The position numbers were made by a program, and so were the translations under genes. Shown here piece by piece: positions 60,872 to 64,000 of a DNA stretch of 64,000 nt (its first letter is position 1; each line of letters starts with the position of its first letter). The notes beneath the pieces were generated by a model. It saw only the letters and a list, made by a program, of their open reading frames with translations, did no database searches and was not told where the DNA came from. The stretch comes from Patescibacteria group bacterium (GTDB taxonomy: Bacteria > Patescibacteriota > Microgenomatia > CAYGWK01): positions 89,416-153,415 of the forward strand of contig JBMORX010000010.1 of NCBI GenBank assembly GCA_049322615.1, given 5' to 3'.

Positions 60872-61050
60872 ACCCTGCCGGGTAGGATACCTTGAGGATT
60901 TTTCCCCGAATAATCAAGTGGGAACCCTGTCCCTCATAGCTTCATGCGACGGGGGAACTCCGGGTCAACCCTTCGGGATACTCGGTGAGGAAAAAGCTCC
61001 TCAAAGCAAGACCCCTCCTCGGCAGGATGTCTTCAAAATAGCAAAATTTT
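60872..61050 (-). ncRNA. Candidate structured ncRNA (~180 nt) downstream of the M50 protease gene. It has a long imperfect closing helix, internal hairpins including a UUCG tetraloop, and a 3' U-tract on the minus strand. Identity unknown (6S-like architecture?).
   Basis: On the minus strand, 5' cctgccgaggagg...ttgagga...ttttcc pairs with ggaaaaa...tcctcaa...cctacccggcagg, followed by gttttt. The interior holds gggaaccctgtccc and cccttcggg hairpins. No ORF. Confidence 0.35.
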
Positions 61051-61082
61051 AGCCTAAAGTCAATAGTGCTTAATGTAAAAAA

Positions 61083-61748
61083 CTATAACAATGGGGTGCC
61101 TGGAAGGAGAAGCCAGAGGATGAAATTAATAATCGGAGAAACAATGAGGGAAACAAGAGAAAAACCAAAAAATGGAAAAAGAAGGAAAAGGATAATTAGG
61201 AGACTGTATTGGGAAAGAATTTGGTCCCACTCTTCGGCTTGCTTTTGGGGTAAAAAGCCAATTAAAATTTTGCCGCCATCCAAAGGATGAACAGGAAGGA
61301 GATTAAAGACTCCAAGCATGACATTTAAGGCAATAATTGGTTCGATAAACAAATTAAAAATTAAAAATGACCCGCCTGCCGGCGAGGCAGGAAAATTAAA
61401 AATTGAAAGAAATCGAAGGAGAAGAGATAGAAGAGTGGCTAAAATAAGGTTTGAAGCCGGACCGGCCAGAGAAATTAAAGCCGCGTCCCGGCGAGGATTG
61501 CGGAGATTAAAAGGATCAAAAGGAACTGGTTTTCCCCAGCCAAAGCGAAATAAAAGAAGAGCCAAGGTTCCAAAGGGATCAAGGTGGGCGAGGGGATTTA
61601 AAGTTAGTCTGCCCATGAGTCTGGCGGTTGGGTCCCCCAGGCGGTCAGCGGTCCAGGCATGAGAGAATTCATGAATAGTAATGGCGACCAAAAGAGCAAC
61701 GAGCCAGATTAGAAAGGATAAGGGATTGGTAAAAAGAGTATCAAGCAT
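61083..61748 (-). CDS. Site-2 protease family (M50) zinc metalloprotease.
   Basis: HEFSHAWTADRLGD (HExxH) and LPVHPLDGGKIL (the LDG motif). Polytopic membrane protein. Confidence 0.85.
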   Translation of the reverse strand: MLDTLFTNPLSFLIWLVALLVAITIHEFSHAWTADRLGDPTARLMGRLTLNPLAHLDPFGTLALLLFRFGWGKPVPFDPFNLRNPRRDAALISLAGPASNLILATLLSLLLRFLSIFNFPASPAGGSFLIFNLFIEPIIALNVMLGVFNLLPVHPLDGGKILIGFLPQKQAEEWDQILSQYSLLIILFLLFPFFGFSLVSLIVSPIINFILWLLLPGTPLL

Positions 61749-61900
61749 TAGAAATGAAAAACTAAAATATAAAAAATAAGCAAGCTTGTTGCTAGCGCAA
61801 TAAAAATGACAATGTAAAATTTAAAAATTTTGAGATTTTTGATTGTAATTTTTCATTTTTCATTTTGCATTTTTAATTTCCGTTTGTTATAGTATACCAT

Positions 61901-62239
61901 ATGGCTAGATGTTTTTTATGCGGTAAGGGAAGAGTGATTTCAACAATCGGAAAACACCGGAGGGGTGTGGCTGGTGGGCAATGGAAGAAAAAAGCCCCAA
62001 AAAGCCGAAAAATCTTTAAACCTAATCTCCACAAATTTCAGGGGAAAATGTATTGTACGAAATGTCTGCGTCGCGTAAAATCCGCCAAAGGCGGATCACG
62101 CGACTGGCCCGTGGTCCGCCAGCCGGCGGACTTTACGGGCAGGAAAGTTAAAAAAGAAGTAGCACAAGAATCAAAAGTACCACGAGTATCACAGGAAGAG
62201 GTACAGACAACAGAATCTTCTGCTCCCAAATCTACCTGA
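61901..62239 (+). CDS. rpmB: Ribosomal protein L28 with a C-terminal K/E/Q-rich extension.
   Basis: MARCFLCGKGRVISTIGKHRRGVAGGQWKKKAPKSRKIFKPNLHKF...RVKSAKG fits L28. It contains the hairpin gtcgcgtaaaatccgccaaaggcggatcacgcgac, which shares 13+7 nt with the intergenic hairpin at 49765. Confidence 0.7.
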   Translation: MARCFLCGKGRVISTIGKHRRGVAGGQWKKKAPKSRKIFKPNLHKFQGKMYCTKCLRRVKSAKGGSRDWPVVRQPADFTGRKVKKEVAQESKVPRVSQEEVQTTESSAPKST

Positions 62240-62268
62240 TTATTAGATTGTTACCGGGGAAACTTTTT

Positions 62269-62442
62269 CAAGTTTGCTGATTCTTTCTTCGTGGTTTTCT
62301 AGAAGATTTTAGGAATTTTTCTACCTTCTTCCAACAATCCAGACAAAAATCTTTATATTTTAGTTGACTGTCTAGTCCCATGATGCAGACATGGGAGTTA
62401 GTTTTCCGACCACAAACATCACAAAATTTCACTGTTGTCATT
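62269..62442 (-). CDS. Small zinc-ribbon protein (57 aa, below the ORF-track cutoff).
   Basis: RC translation MTTVKFCDVCGRKTNSHVCIMGLDSQLKYKDFCLDCWKKVEKFLKSSRKPRRKNQQT (two CxxC pairs). Confidence 0.35.
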
Positions 62443-62649
62443 GTTTTAGTCTCCAGGCTTACTTACGGAGGCTCTTAAAAATTAGAACGCCGGCAATAAT
62501 AGCTAAAATATATGCAGTAATGATAAGATAAGGATTAGCGTTTCCTGACATCTTATCTCACTTTCTAAGAAAGAGAAACCAAACAATGATTAAAACAATG
62601 CTACTAACAATAGCAGCGAAAAGATAAGTATTAACAACGTTCCATTCAA

Positions 62650-62859
62650 TCATGATTTAACTCTTTTTACTAACGATAAAGAAACTATTGAGAATGCTCC
62701 TGCCATAGCTAACGATACAACAAAACTTGCCAGAAAGTCAAGGATATTTTGCGGATGGGCAAATAACGGCGAAATTGCTCCCGCAGAAAACCAGGCAACA
62801 GCGATATTACCGGTAATTTCCGAGGCTGCCTTAAGTTGACCAGAAGAAAATCTCCTCAT
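62650..62859 (-). CDS. Small membrane protein (69 aa). Two further ~30-aa hydrophobic mini-ORFs lie at about 62465-62560 and 62560-62652 on the same strand.
   Basis: ORF with two TM helices. The mini-ORFs are MSGNANPYLIITAYILAIIAGVLIFKSLRK and MIEWNVVNTYLFAAIVSSIVLIIVWFLFLRK. Confidence 0.3.
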   Translation of the reverse strand: MRRFSSGQLKAASEITGNIAVAWFSAGAISPLFAHPQNILDFLASFVVSLAMAGAFSIVSLSLVKRVKS

Positions 62860-62904
62860 AAAGATAATAATAACATAGGAATTTAGTATTAAGTCAAGGA
62901 TTAA

Positions 62905-63840
<936 letters not shown>

Positions 63841-63850
63841 TCGGGTAAAT

Positions 63851-64000
63851 TAGGATGGAATAATTTCGATTTCCGTAAAAACATCCTTACCGTCTTTAGA
63901 CCTTTCAAGTTTATATAGCCTTCCTTTCTGTTTGAGAATCCGGTCAATAAATAGGATCCCATCGAGGTGATCAAGTTCGTGTTGGAAAAATGAAGCCTCT
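63851..64000 (-). CDS. def: Peptide deformylase, C-terminal part (the gene continues beyond the window end).
   Basis: RC translation ...EASFFQHELDHLDGILFIDRILKQKGRLYKLERSKDGKDVFTEIEIIPS* contains the HExxH-containing motif 3 (QHELDHLDGILF). Confidence 0.8.

Noticed and set aside
61066-61662. Plus-strand ORFs 61066..61290 and 61318..61662.
   Set aside because: They are antisense to the well-supported M50 protease gene (HExxH, LDG motifs), and their translations are K/R-rich low complexity.

Overview
This 64-kb window is AT-rich (roughly 38-40% GC by eye) and gene-dense, with many short hypothetical genes. Its gene content points to a Candidate Phyla Radiation (CPR, Patescibacteria) type bacterium, read with the standard genetic code. 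The LeuRS (847 aa) and ArgRS ORFs are intact, so there is no sign of UGA recoding. Supporting the CPR call are five four-helix-bundle paralogs (three carrying a conserved C-terminal suffix) and a GxxExxY protein.

Recognisable housekeeping genes:
- leuS, argS, mreB, galU, rnhB, the fmt-def pair, a comEA/comEC competence locus, and an M16 peptidase.
- Glycosyl and sugar transferases (WecB/TagA-like, Bac_transf-like, GT2), an ECF sigma factor with a putative anti-sigma, YjbQ, Hsp20, an M50 site-2 protease, and a HigBA-like toxin-antitoxin pair.
- rpmG, rpmB, and the conserved secE-nusG-rplK-rplA-rplJ-rplL cluster on the minus strand.
- Six or seven tRNA loci.

The accessory content is unusually rich.

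1. A giant (>2,280 aa, C-terminus runs off the window) minus-strand surface protein at 1-6843 that the ORF track misses. Reading from its N-terminus, it has a phage-integrase SAM-like domain, a transmembrane helix, and tail-fibre-like GNVGIGTTSP repeats. It carries two intein/Hint insertions at homologous sites of an internally duplicated ~2-kb module. One of them contains a 5x TGACATT heptanucleotide tract.

2. Two paralogous pairs of secreted and C-terminally anchored surface proteins (11329-16268). Their signal-peptide codons consist of tandem 7-8-nt repeats, which makes them candidate phase-variable genes.

3. Two IS200/IS605-like transposase (tnpA) genes, each flanked by its own hairpins.

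4. At least seven distinct families of short structured repeats:
- a ~150-nt multi-helix R element in six copies, with covariation in its helices;
- a 33-nt element inserted in frame into rnhB and fmt;
- large ATCAGA-array palindromes;
- GCCTCGCAAGG hairpins;
- CACA..TGTG hairpins;
- a CTTAATTAC inverted-repeat operator;
- CCGAAT elements.

5. The comEC gene is split into two ORFs by two R elements, and one of them is bracketed by 31-nt direct repeats.

6. A cassette is inserted between rplA and rplJ.

7. A composite tRNA locus (30435-30602) in which a tRNA-shaped ~75-nt insert sits in the anticodon arm of another tRNA.

8. A ~1.1-kb GC-rich island (58130-59200) carrying three small Cys-rich genes.

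9. Several candidate structured RNAs.

All calls are made by eye from the sequence and the ORF track. No database searches or folding computations were run.
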